Shown here: piece by piece, positions 27,017-34,393 of the stretch
Layout: every line of letters begins with the position of its first letter
Numbering within the stretch: position 1 is the stretch's first letter
DNA from: Vicinamibacterales bacterium
GTDB taxonomy: Bacteria; Acidobacteriota; Vicinamibacteria; Vicinamibacterales; UBA2999
Assembly: GCA_036521515.1 (NCBI GenBank)
Contig: DATDHP010000086.1
Location: 1-34,393, forward strand
DNA length: 34,393 nt
Direction of reading: 5' to 3'
Notes under the pieces: generated by a model
What the model saw: only the letters and a program-made list of their open reading frames with translations
The model's database searches: none
Told to the model about the DNA's origin: nothing
Position numbers and translations under genes: made by a program

Positions 27017-27141
27017 CCGGCCTTTATCGTACGCCCGGTCTCTCCTCCCGGCTAAGTCAGACCCGGGTCAGGCGGCTGCAGGTGCAAATAACCGCACCGA
27101 CGTGCTACTTTAATGTCGTCGTCGCCGGCTTGCACACGCTA

Positions 27142-28200
27142 ATGCCCGTACAACCGCTCGACTTGACGCTCGAGCTTGCACCCAAGGCGCGGTTCGACGT
27201 TGTCGAGCTTCGCTCGCATTTCGCGGCCGAACACGAGGCCCTCGCCGCGTTTCCTCACTGTCTTTACTGGTCGTCGCACACCACGGCAGGCTTTCTCGAC
27301 CGCAGCCTCTCCGCGCGATTGAGCGCCGCGCGCGTTCCGACGTACGTCGAGGCGTTCAGAGCACTGTTTCCCGAGGGCGCCGGATACGAGCACGACCGTC
27401 TCGAGCGCCGGGAGGATCTCGATCCCACACAGCGCGCGGTCGAGCCGAGGAACGCGGATTCACACCTGGCGTTCATTGCCAGCGGGTTGCGGCCGTGCGT
27501 GACGCACCCGAATCGGCCGGGTGAAACGGTCTGCTTCGTGGACCTCGACGGGATAGTGGCCGGTCGCCCGCGGCGCCGGCGCACCCGGCTGATTGGCTTT
27601 CATCAGGAGCAGGTCGTCCGCAAGACGCGCATCCAAGTGCCGGTCTCCGCGCACCCGATTGACTCGATCAACCTGAAGGACCCGCGGCTCGGCATTTGCG
27701 ACCAGCTCGTTGAATTCGTTGTGCGCGCGGGTGTCGCCAAGGGCCGCCTGCGCATCGTTCTCGACCCGTCCGAGCGTCATTCCGCGCTGACCGTCAACGA
27801 GTACGAAACGCTGCTGATGAATCACGACCTCGCCGAAGTGCTCCGCAATCCGCTGCGCTTCGTGGCTGAGAAGGGCCTGCACGCACTGGCCAACCCGCGT
27901 GCCGTCCCGGCCAAGACGCTGGGCTACGCGAAGTACGACTTCGTGCGAATCCTGAACCAGAGCCTCGACATGTTCGGCCTTCGCGGATCGCTCGTCGAGA
28001 AGCTGCTGGCGCGGACGCTCGCCGTGCCGGCCGCGCGCTTCTTCCGCATGCGCCGTTCGGTGAGCCTGCTCGTCGCGGACCGCGAGGACGGGACGTACGG
28101 GATCATCGAGGGAACCTACCAAAGTCCCATCCTGGTCCAGTGGCAGCGCGCGCCGCGCCAGACGCGCGTCCTGGATGTGACCCTGACAGAGTTGCAGTAG
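27142..28200 (+). CDS. tandem YjbQ/UPF0047-like protein
   Basis: First half: SSHTTAGFLD, LFPEGAGYEHD, NADSHLAFIASGL. Second half: RHSALTVNEYE, GTYQSPILVQW. These mirror the HTSASL...NE / YEHD / SHIKSSLLG / GTWQ motifs of YjbQ. ATG at 27142 is preferred. Confidence 0.55.
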   Translation: MPVQPLDLTLELAPKARFDVVELRSHFAAEHEALAAFPHCLYWSSHTTAGFLDRSLSARLSAARVPTYVEAFRALFPEGAGYEHDRLERREDLDPTQRAVEPRNADSHLAFIASGLRPCVTHPNRPGETVCFVDLDGIVAGRPRRRRTRLIGFHQEQVVRKTRIQVPVSAHPIDSINLKDPRLGICDQLVEFVVRAGVAKGRLRIVLDPSERHSALTVNEYETLLMNHDLAEVLRNPLRFVAEKGLHALANPRAVPAKTLGYAKYDFVRILNQSLDMFGLRGSLVEKLLARTLAVPAARFFRMRRSVSLLVADREDGTYGIIEGTYQSPILVQWQRAPRQTRVLDVTLTELQ

Positions 28201-28209
28201 TTACAAACT

Positions 28210-28345
28210 CATTGTTGAGTCGTGATGGTTGATTGTTGAGTGGTTGTTGAATGGCGATTGCCGATTGTTGATTCATTCAGGGAATCAACAATCAACATTC
28301 AACATTCAACAACGATTCAACAATCAGCAATCACCAATCAAGAAT
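28210..28345. repeat. about 136-nt AT-rich hairpin with roughly 64-nt arms made of AATCAAC/ATTCAAC heptamers
   Basis: Central perfect stem GATTGTTGATTC (28263-28274) with GAATCAACAATC (28282-28293). The arms extend imperfectly to 28210 and 28345. GC is far below the window average. Confidence 0.85.
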
Positions 28346-28350
28346 GAAGC

Positions 28351-29745
28351 TTACCGCGGCAATCTCTCCGGCATGTCGGCGATGACATAAATCATGACCG
28401 CGATCGCGGCGGCGGCCTTCGACACCTCGTCGGCCGTGATCCGCTCCACCGTGTCGGCGGGCGTGTGGTGGATCTGGAAGTATTTCTGCGGCTCCCCGAG
28501 GTACGCCATGGTCGGCGCGTTGGCGGCCTGCGCGATTGGCCCGACGTCGGCGCCGCCGCCGCCCACGCCGATCTCCGACAGGCCGATTGGCGTCAGCAGG
28601 GTGCCGATGTCCCGCACCAGCGCGCGCGCCGCGGGACTGCCGCTGAATCCGAGGCTCGCCGGAGCAAAGACGCCAGAATCGGACTCGAGCGCGAATACGT
28701 GGTTGTGCGCCTGGTCGCCGTAGCGGTCCGCGTAAGCCGCCGCGCCGCGGAGGCCGTTCTCCTCGTTCGTGAACAACACCAGGCGCACCGTGCGGCGGGG
28801 TTGAATCCCCAGCCTCTTCAGCAGCCGCACCGCCTCCCATGTGATGATGCACCCCACGCCATCGTCGGAGGCGCCGGTGCCGACGTCCCAGGAATCGAGG
28901 TGGCCGCCCAGCAGCACGATTTCATCCGGCCTCTCACGTCCCCGCACTTCGCCCACGACGTTCGCCGATTCGGCGTCCGGCTCGAACCGTCCGCTCAGCC
29001 TCAACCGAATCCGGACGCGCTGACCTCGCCCGACCAGACGCACGACGCGGTTCGCGTCTTCCGCGGCAATCGCCGCGGCGGGAATCGGCGGCATGCCCTG
29101 CCCGTATTGCACCGCGCCGGTATGCGGCGTCCTGAGGCCGATCGGCCCGACGGCCCGCACGAGGACGGCGACTGCGCCCTGCAGCGCGGCCGCCCGCGCG
29201 CCGCCCGTGCGGTATGCAACCGTATCCCCATAGGACGTGAACGGCGCATTGAAGAGCACGACACGTCCGCGCGCATCCCCGCCGCGGCTTCGCAGCTCGT
29301 CGAAGCTCGTGACCACCAGCACGTCGCCTTCAACCCCTCCGGGCGGCGTCGCGACGGTGCCGCCGAGGCCAAGGATTTCGAGCGGGTCGGACGGGGAATG
29401 CACAATCTCGGCGCTCTCGTGCCCGCGCACCCAGTTGGGCACCATGACCCGCTCCGTCCGTACGTTGTCGAGGCCGTCCTGCTTCATGACCTCGGCGGCC
29501 CAGCGGATCGCCCGGGCGAGGTTTTCCGATCCGCTGAGGCGCGGTCCAAACGTGTCGGTCAGTTCGGCGAGGCGCTGCCAGGCGAAGTCGTCGGCCGTGG
29601 CCGCCTTGATTAAGCGCGCGGCATTTTCCCGGTAGGGCGCCAGCCACGCGGACGAGGACGATGATGACGATTGGGCAGTGGCGCCACTGGTGAAGATCAG
29701 CAGCAGGCCCACTGCAATCAATACACGGATCGAAAGCACGCGCAT
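28351..29745 (-). CDS. M28 family metallopeptidase (carboxypeptidase Q-like), secreted
   Basis: Signal peptide. RLSGSENLARAIRWA N-terminal block. Metal-ligand contexts GGHLDSWDVGTGASDDGVG, TNEENGLRG and HHTPADT. Confidence 0.85.
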   Translation of the reverse strand: MRVLSIRVLIAVGLLLIFTSGATAQSSSSSSSAWLAPYRENAARLIKAATADDFAWQRLAELTDTFGPRLSGSENLARAIRWAAEVMKQDGLDNVRTERVMVPNWVRGHESAEIVHSPSDPLEILGLGGTVATPPGGVEGDVLVVTSFDELRSRGGDARGRVVLFNAPFTSYGDTVAYRTGGARAAALQGAVAVLVRAVGPIGLRTPHTGAVQYGQGMPPIPAAAIAAEDANRVVRLVGRGQRVRIRLRLSGRFEPDAESANVVGEVRGRERPDEIVLLGGHLDSWDVGTGASDDGVGCIITWEAVRLLKRLGIQPRRTVRLVLFTNEENGLRGAAAYADRYGDQAHNHVFALESDSGVFAPASLGFSGSPAARALVRDIGTLLTPIGLSEIGVGGGGADVGPIAQAANAPTMAYLGEPQKYFQIHHTPADTVERITADEVSKAAAAIAVMIYVIADMPERLPR

Positions 29746-29754
29746 AAGAATTTA

Positions 29755-31386
29755 TCAGGGCCGTGGCCGCGTTTGCAGCGGCTGGCCGGGCAGGGTCTTG
29801 AGCACGGGATGGGCGCCGCCCGGCGTGAGTGCCGCATCCACCACGTTCCACGTGGTCAGGCCATCGTCGCTTTCCGGCTCGAGCAGGTAAAACACCAGCG
29901 AACCGAGCGGCTGGTTCGTGCGCACGACCAGGGTGCCGCCCGGGGCGGGGACGGTCGCTTTCTCGTAACGCCCGGCAATCGTCGTCTCTCTGTGACCCTG
30001 GAACGACTGCGCCGCGTGGCGGACCTGGCCGATCACGAACCGCTCCACCGTGACCGGCATCGCCGCCGGCAGCTCGTCGACCCGCACGCCATGCTGCTTC
30101 AACCGCGCCGCGATGGCCTGGTGCACACCGCCAGCTGCCGTTGGCAGCACGAGGTACTCCCTCGGCACGCGCCGCGACCGGGTGGCAGCAAAAACCCCGT
30201 AGTCCATCATCCGTGCAGGCGTCGCCGCGCTCTCGATCATCGCGATCATCGTCTTGCCCGACCGGGGGTTCGCTTTCTTTTGCACGGCCCCGACGAGGAT
30301 GTCGACCGGCTCCGGCAGCGGCCGAATCTCGAACGCGACACCTGCCTGGCCAGGCGAGGCGCCGCTGGTCCACTCGTCGTCGAGACGTGAGACCAGCGCG
30401 CGGATCTCGGAGGCGTTGGCGACCACGTATCGCATCACTTCCTCGACGAACGCTTCTGTCACTCTCACGCGACCGGCGAAGTCGAGATAGCTGTACGCCT
30501 CCGACAGAATCGCAATGCGATTCCGCAGTCCCACGTAGTTGTTGCCGAAGCGCGGGCGGTGATCGAAGGTGCGCCATGCGCGCGTTCCGTCCTCGTCGAA
30601 GTTGCCGTAATAGTACGTGCGGAATGCGTGCCGGGTGGAGACGGCATCCCGCACCGCCGGCAGCAGGCGTTCGCGGGCGTACGCAATCAGGCGCGCATCG
30701 GCGTTCGGGTTGAGCGTCGGGGAATACGTCAGGTGGTAGCCGTGGTGCGACCCGTTGGTCGTGTGGAGATCCACGACGACGTCCGGGTCCCACCGCGTCA
30801 GCAGGCCGACGAGGGCGCGTGCCTCCGCGGACTCGAGCTTCATGAAGTCGCGATTGAGATCGAGCCCGCTCGCGTTCTCGCGGGTACCGACGCCGGCAAT
30901 CGGGCCGTGCTGCTCGGGGCGGTTCTCCACGCTGACCTTCTCGTTGCCGTCCGCGTTGTAGATCGGCGCGAAGAGCCAGATCGCCCCATTCAGCAGCGGC
31001 TGCAGGTCGCCGGTCGTGAGGTCCCGCGCCAGGTGCAGCAGCGCCTCCTTGCCCTCGACCTCGCCGGCGTGGATGTTCCCCATCACCAACACGACGGGGC
31101 GGCGCGACGCGCGGGCCTCCGCAGGGCCGGGCGCTGGCGGATCGCCAACGACCAGCAGCGGCAGATCGCGGCCCTCCTCGGAACGGCCGAACGATTCGAC
31201 GCGCGCGCGCCCGGTCCGCGCGGCGAGCGCGTCCATGAAGGCGCGAACCTCGTTGTACGGAGTGGTCTCTTCGAAGCGCGTGCGCTCGGCGCGTGTCTGA
31301 AGCGGCGAAACGGCCTGCGCCGACGCGGGCATCGCGCAGGCGGAAAGCCCAAGGCAGGCCAGGGCGGCCTGCCTCGTGATCGACAT
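29755..31386 (-). CDS. M14 family zinc carboxypeptidase, secreted
   Basis: Signal peptide after the ATG at 31386. HxxE zinc motif in GNIHAGEVEGKEA. NADGNE block. Stop lies 9 nt before the M28 gene. Confidence 0.85.
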   Translation of the reverse strand: MSITRQAALACLGLSACAMPASAQAVSPLQTRAERTRFEETTPYNEVRAFMDALAARTGRARVESFGRSEEGRDLPLLVVGDPPAPGPAEARASRRPVVLVMGNIHAGEVEGKEALLHLARDLTTGDLQPLLNGAIWLFAPIYNADGNEKVSVENRPEQHGPIAGVGTRENASGLDLNRDFMKLESAEARALVGLLTRWDPDVVVDLHTTNGSHHGYHLTYSPTLNPNADARLIAYARERLLPAVRDAVSTRHAFRTYYYGNFDEDGTRAWRTFDHRPRFGNNYVGLRNRIAILSEAYSYLDFAGRVRVTEAFVEEVMRYVVANASEIRALVSRLDDEWTSGASPGQAGVAFEIRPLPEPVDILVGAVQKKANPRSGKTMIAMIESAATPARMMDYGVFAATRSRRVPREYLVLPTAAGGVHQAIAARLKQHGVRVDELPAAMPVTVERFVIGQVRHAAQSFQGHRETTIAGRYEKATVPAPGGTLVVRTNQPLGSLVFYLLEPESDDGLTTWNVVDAALTPGGAHPVLKTLPGQPLQTRPRP

Positions 31387-31432
31387 GCCCGCTACTCTAC
31401 CCTGAATAGCCGAGCAAGCCGTTGCCAAAGGA

Positions 31433-31551
31433 GCCGGCAGCAGGCAGCCGGCAGCAGGCAGTTCGTAGAGGCGGATCTTCAGGTCCGCCTGGCAGCGGTG
31501 AAAGGCGGACCTGAAGGTCCGCCTCTACGTTAGCGGCTGCCTGCTGCCGGC
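31433..31551. repeat. compound element: GCAGCAG/GCAGCCG heptamer arms enclosing two inverted family-1 26-mers
   Basis: Family-1 copies lie at 31465-31490 (forward) and 31503-31528 (reverse). The outer arm GCCGGCAGCAGGCAGCCGGCAGCAGGCAG (31433-31461) faces GCTGCCTGCTGCCGGC (31536-31551). Confidence 0.85.
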
Positions 31552-31556
31552 GATCG

Positions 31557-31994
31557 TCAGCGGACGACGAGCTTGTCGACGACCGAGGTCACACCCTCGG
31601 TTTCGCGAGCGAGCTGCACAGCGCGCTGGTGCTCGGCCGCGCTGACGACGCGCCCGCTCAAGGTCACCACGGTGCCGTCGGTATCGACGTCGATGGCAAC
31701 GGCCTTGACGGTGTCGTCGAGTGCCATCTTCGACTTGATCTTCGCCGTGACCGCTGCATTGACGGCGGCGCGCTCCGCCGCGTTGACGCCGACCGCGACC
31801 TTCTCCCCGATCTCCGCACCCGTCTCCCGTGCACGCGACGTGTCGACCGACGTGTCCCGCGCCCCGGTCGTCCCGATCGGACGGTCGACAACAGGATCGA
31901 CGTCATCGTCAGCCCAACGGTACCCCATGAAAAACGCCGCCGCGCCAACGACGATGAGCACGATCAGGATCGTGCGCAGCAGTGTTCCAATCAT
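31557..31994 (-). CDS. BON-domain protein with N-terminal membrane anchor
   Basis: N-terminal TM helix. C-terminal BON motif (AVTAKIKSKMALDD...DVDTDGTVVTLSGRVVSAAEHQRAVQLARETEGVTSVVDKL). GGGAGGG Shine-Dalgarno. Confidence 0.85.
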   Translation of the reverse strand: MIGTLLRTILIVLIVVGAAAFFMGYRWADDDVDPVVDRPIGTTGARDTSVDTSRARETGAEIGEKVAVGVNAAERAAVNAAVTAKIKSKMALDDTVKAVAIDVDTDGTVVTLSGRVVSAAEHQRAVQLARETEGVTSVVDKLVVR

Positions 31995-32056
31995 GCTTCC
32001 CTCCCATTTGCCGGCAATTGCAAGTGCGTGCGCGCTCGCTCCCGCGTTCCGACCGG

Positions 32057-32281
32057 TCAGACCCGCCGGCGAGCAGGCGCCACGAGCAGTGCAATGCCGC
32101 CAATGACCGCAATAATCCCCACTGCGGGCGGCACTCGGAATCCTTCGCGCTCCTCGGATGTAATCTCGATGGGCCCTGCGTCTACCAGGGTGTCCCTATC
32201 GGTCCAGAACACGCCACCCCATGCCAGCGCGACGATGCCAAGCGCGACCAGTACCAGCCCGACTATGCGTCTTCCGCTCAT
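32057..32281 (-). CDS. small two-TM membrane protein (74 aa)
   Basis: ATG at 32281 is preceded by AGGAGG. Two hydrophobic helices. The longer 244-aa track ORF is an upstream read-through. Confidence 0.6.
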   Translation of the reverse strand: MSGRRIVGLVLVALGIVALAWGGVFWTDRDTLVDAGPIEITSEEREGFRVPPAVGIIAVIGGIALLVAPARRRV

Positions 32282-32328
32282 CCGTAACCTCCTGTTTGGA
32301 TGAGTGCAAGTCGAGGACCGTTCCTGTC

Positions 32329-32979
32329 TCAACGCGAGGTGTCGCTCGTCAATAGCGCGCTGACGGCAGCGAGTTCGTCGGCGCTGATGCTGTGGCCCAT
32401 GCCTGGATAGATGCGCTCGTCCACCACAGCGCCCATTCGACGCAGCACCTCCGCGGACTCCTGGACGCGTTCGAGCGGGATGTGGGCGTCGATGTCGCTG
32501 CACCCGAGGAAGACCGGCGTGCCGTCGAGCGATCCGTGACAAGCGCGCGGCGTGCCGGGCGGACCAATCAGCCCGCCGCTCAACCCCACGACGCCGGCGT
32601 ATTTGCGCGCATGGCGCGCGACGTACTCCAGCGAGAGGCACGCCCCCTGCGAAAAACCGATGAACATGACCCGTTCGGGTCTGACGCCCTCCTCGCCAAG
32701 GGAGTCCACCAGCCGATTCATGACGCGCAGCGCGGAGCTGAGATACGGCTGGTTCTGTACGGTCGGGGCCAGAAAGGAGTAGGGGTACCACGTCCGCCCA
32801 GCCGCCTCCGGTGCGAGGTACGCGACATCCCGCACGTCGAGCGCTTCCGCCAGGCCGAGGATGCCCTCGGCGGAATCGCCGCGGCCGTGAACCAGGATCG
32901 CGGTGAGTCGGGCTTCACGCGGAAGCGGCCCGTACCGAAGCACGGGCTGCCCCGCATGTGGATCCAGATGCGGCGCCAT
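32329..32979 (-). CDS. alpha/beta hydrolase, phospholipase/carboxylesterase family
   Basis: Nucleophile elbow GFSQG. Downstream catalytic Asp and His contexts (GCSDIDAHIP, GMGHS). Confidence 0.85.
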   Translation of the reverse strand: MAPHLDPHAGQPVLRYGPLPREARLTAILVHGRGDSAEGILGLAEALDVRDVAYLAPEAAGRTWYPYSFLAPTVQNQPYLSSALRVMNRLVDSLGEEGVRPERVMFIGFSQGACLSLEYVARHARKYAGVVGLSGGLIGPPGTPRACHGSLDGTPVFLGCSDIDAHIPLERVQESAEVLRRMGAVVDERIYPGMGHSISADELAAVSALLTSDTSR

Positions 32980-33022
32980 TCGGACCGCTAGGCGGCTCTC
33001 GACGAGCGTCGCCGGCAGTCGA

Positions 33023-33034
33023 CGTCACGTGACG
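33023..33034. promoter_or_regulatory. perfect 12-bp palindrome CGTCACGTGACG in a divergent intergenic region
   Basis: Self-complementary 12-mer, 44 bp upstream of the hydrolase start on the opposite strand. No cognate regulator is identifiable. Confidence 0.2.
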
Positions 33035-33216
33035 AACACGCTTCAATGGTGTGGACGGAACGCATCGCCAGATCATAGGCGAACGCGACTTTGGTCCTCC
33101 GGCAGGGTCAGCCAAGGCGAAAATCGGCGTGTTACGCCTTACCAGGCGAAACAGTTGAGTTGGTACCCGCATTGCTACAGACCGAGGTGTCGGCAGCAAC
33201 GAGGGGAGACGAACCG

Positions 33217-33468
33217 ATGGTGCAAACGTTCTGCTCGAGCGGCCAGCGGGAAGGAATCAAAGGGGCGGTCCACGGGATGGCCTGTGCTATTGCCGCGACG
33301 ATGGCGGCGTACAACATCGCTGCCTGGCATTATCGACGCGAGCGTCACCTGGGCACCAACGCCGTCGTGTACACGCTTGCGGTTGCGTGGGAAGCAAAGC
33401 AGACACTGCGTCACCTTCGCCGATGCGAACGGGCCGCGGTGACGGATAAGACGGATCGGGCTGCCTGA
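33217..33468 (+). CDS. hypothetical small membrane protein (83 aa)
   Basis: ATG is preceded by GAGGGGAG. Two hydrophobic segments. Moderate GC3 bias. Weak call. Confidence 0.4.
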   Translation: MVQTFCSSGQREGIKGAVHGMACAIAATMAAYNIAAWHYRRERHLGTNAVVYTLAVAWEAKQTLRHLRRCERAAVTDKTDRAA

Positions 33469-33502
33469 AACCCGTCCGACCGACGTATCGATGGGGAGAA
33501 CG

Positions 33503-33622
33503 TCAACTCCCAATCCTCTGACCATGACCAACTCCCAACCCAAGACCTTGGGAGTTGGCACACGACAGCCGCTCGCACCCCCACGCGCAGGCGCGTCGGG
33601 ACCCCGCCGTTGGGAGTTGGGA
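33503..33622. repeat. nested inverted repeats of the word CAACTCCCAA / TTGGGAGTTG
   Basis: Forward copies at 33504-33513 and 33529-33538; reverse copies at 33548-33557 and 33610-33619. The inner perfect 11-bp stem is 33528-33538 with 33548-33558. Confidence 0.7.
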
Positions 33623-33685
33623 ATCGAGTTAGACCTGACTCACGCCGAACGACGGTCGGCGTGAAAGGAGCAGGAGCCGAGGAGC

Positions 33686-34108
33686 CTACTCGTCTCTCCC
33701 GGGCGCCTTGCCCCGCAGTTCCTTGACGGCCCCCCTGAGTTTCTTCGAGGCGAGCCGTTGTTCCCGGGCGCCGGCGCGCGGCCTCGTGGGCCGGCGCTTC
33801 TTCGGCGCCTTCGTGGCTCGCCGCAGCAAGCCGACCAACCGGGCACGCGCCTCAGCGCGGTTCTGCGCTTGCGTTCGATGTTCCCGGCTGTCGATGAGCA
33901 GGACGCCCTCGCTGGTCAGCCGGCCCCCGGCGAGCATCAAGAGCCGCTCCTTGACAGCGTCGGGCAGCGACGACCCACGCACGTCGAAGCGCAGCTCGAC
34001 CGCCGTCGCCACTTTGTTCACATTCTGGCCGCCCGGGCCGGACGCTCGAACGAAACGCTCCTCGATCTCGCGTTCCTCGATCACGATCGTGTCGCTGACT
34101 CGTATCAT
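33686..34108 (-). CDS. arfB: alternative ribosome-rescue factor ArfB (peptidyl-tRNA hydrolase, GGQ domain + basic tail)
   Basis: SGPGGQNVNKV motif, 140 aa, Lys/Arg-rich C-terminal tail. Confidence 0.9.
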   Translation of the reverse strand: MIRVSDTIVIEEREIEERFVRASGPGGQNVNKVATAVELRFDVRGSSLPDAVKERLLMLAGGRLTSEGVLLIDSREHRTQAQNRAEARARLVGLLRRATKAPKKRRPTRPRAGAREQRLASKKLRGAVKELRGKAPGRDE

Positions 34109-34183
34109 CGGCGAGACCGTTTATCGACGCTTGTCGCGCCGGCCGGAGCCGGCCCCTTTGCCTGTCGGCTGCAGGTTCTTCCA

Positions 34184-34393
34184 TCAGTGTTCCCGGCCGA
34201 GGATCGCCTCCAGTCCACGCTCGCCTTCGGCGCAGGCGCTTTCCAGGAGCTCGTAACCGTCTCCGGGCGTGTGCTCACGCTTCAACGTCCAGCGCATCGT
34301 GAAGGGTTTCGTCAACGCCTTCGGGTCGGTCGCCTTTACTTCGTACTGGATCGTGTTCGGATCGACGAGAGTGTAACGCTCGTCGAGTGTCAG
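34184..34393 (-). CDS. C-terminal fragment of a hypothetical protein; 5' end lies outside the window
   Basis: My own translation of the minus strand is open from 34393 to TGA (34184-34186): LTLDERYTLVDPNTIQYEVKATDPKALTKPFTMRWTLKREHTPGDGYELLESACAEGERGLEAILGREH. It is absent from the ORF track because it has no start codon in the window. Confidence 0.5.
   Translation of the reverse strand: MTLDERYTLVDPNTIQYEVKATDPKALTKPFTMRWTLKREHTPGDGYELLESACAEGERGLEAILGREH

Noticed and set aside
23382-27055. 640-aa (minus strand, other frame) and 412-aa (plus strand) ORFs inside the giant gene
   Set aside because: These are Arg-rich low-complexity translations overlapping the 2145-aa frame. That frame has coherent TamB, POTRA and Omp85 features throughout.
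32057-32791. 244-aa minus-strand ORF overlapping the alpha/beta hydrolase gene
   Set aside because: The upstream 170 aa are Arg-rich and overlap the hydrolase in another frame. Only the last 74 aa (ATG at 32281, preceded by AGGAGG) look like a real two-TM protein.

Overview
High-GC (about 67%) chromosomal window with about 33 supported protein genes. There are no rRNA or tRNA genes, no CRISPR array, and no transposase, integrase or phage genes. All calls come from motif recognition in the supplied translations and from reading the DNA; no database search was run.

Gene content:
- 499-9647 (minus strand): a long co-directional envelope-themed cluster. In order of transcription it holds an NtrC-family sigma-54 activator, mlaE, mlaF, mlaD, two YtxH-like genes, a YihY/BrkB gene, a YyaL thioredoxin-domain gene and a small hypothetical.
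- 9922-16188 (plus strand): a leucine / isovalerate catabolic operon with mccB, a methylglutaconyl-CoA hydratase, a split mccA and an HMG-CoA lyase, followed by two coupled unknown ORFs.
- 16263-20376: a PHP/PolX-like protein, OsmC, a GDSL esterase, bacterioferritin and a TPR protein.
- 20579-27016: a 2145-aa envelope protein.
- 27142-34393: a tandem YjbQ-like protein, M28 and M14 peptidases, a BON protein, an alpha/beta hydrolase and ArfB.

Two things stand out:
1. The 2145-aa ORF joins a complete TamB-like protein (inner-membrane signal-anchor through a DUF490-like end) in frame to POTRA repeats and an Omp85 barrel. This would be one polypeptide predicted to be anchored in both membranes.
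2. Almost every intergenic spacer longer than about 60 bp carries a long imperfect hairpin whose arms are degenerate tandem 7-8-nt words, with a different word at each locus. Two sub-families recur inside the window: a 26-mer REP-like palindrome in 4 copies, and a 20-mer in 2 copies.

Smaller observations:
- A 13-nt imperfect tandem duplication sits exactly where mccA is split into biotin-carboxylase and BCCP ORFs.
- A correctly spaced sigma-54 -24/-12 match lies immediately upstream of mlaE, next to the activator gene.
- MlaD has an OmpA-like C-terminal extension.

A taxonomic guess of Acidobacteriota-like is inference only.
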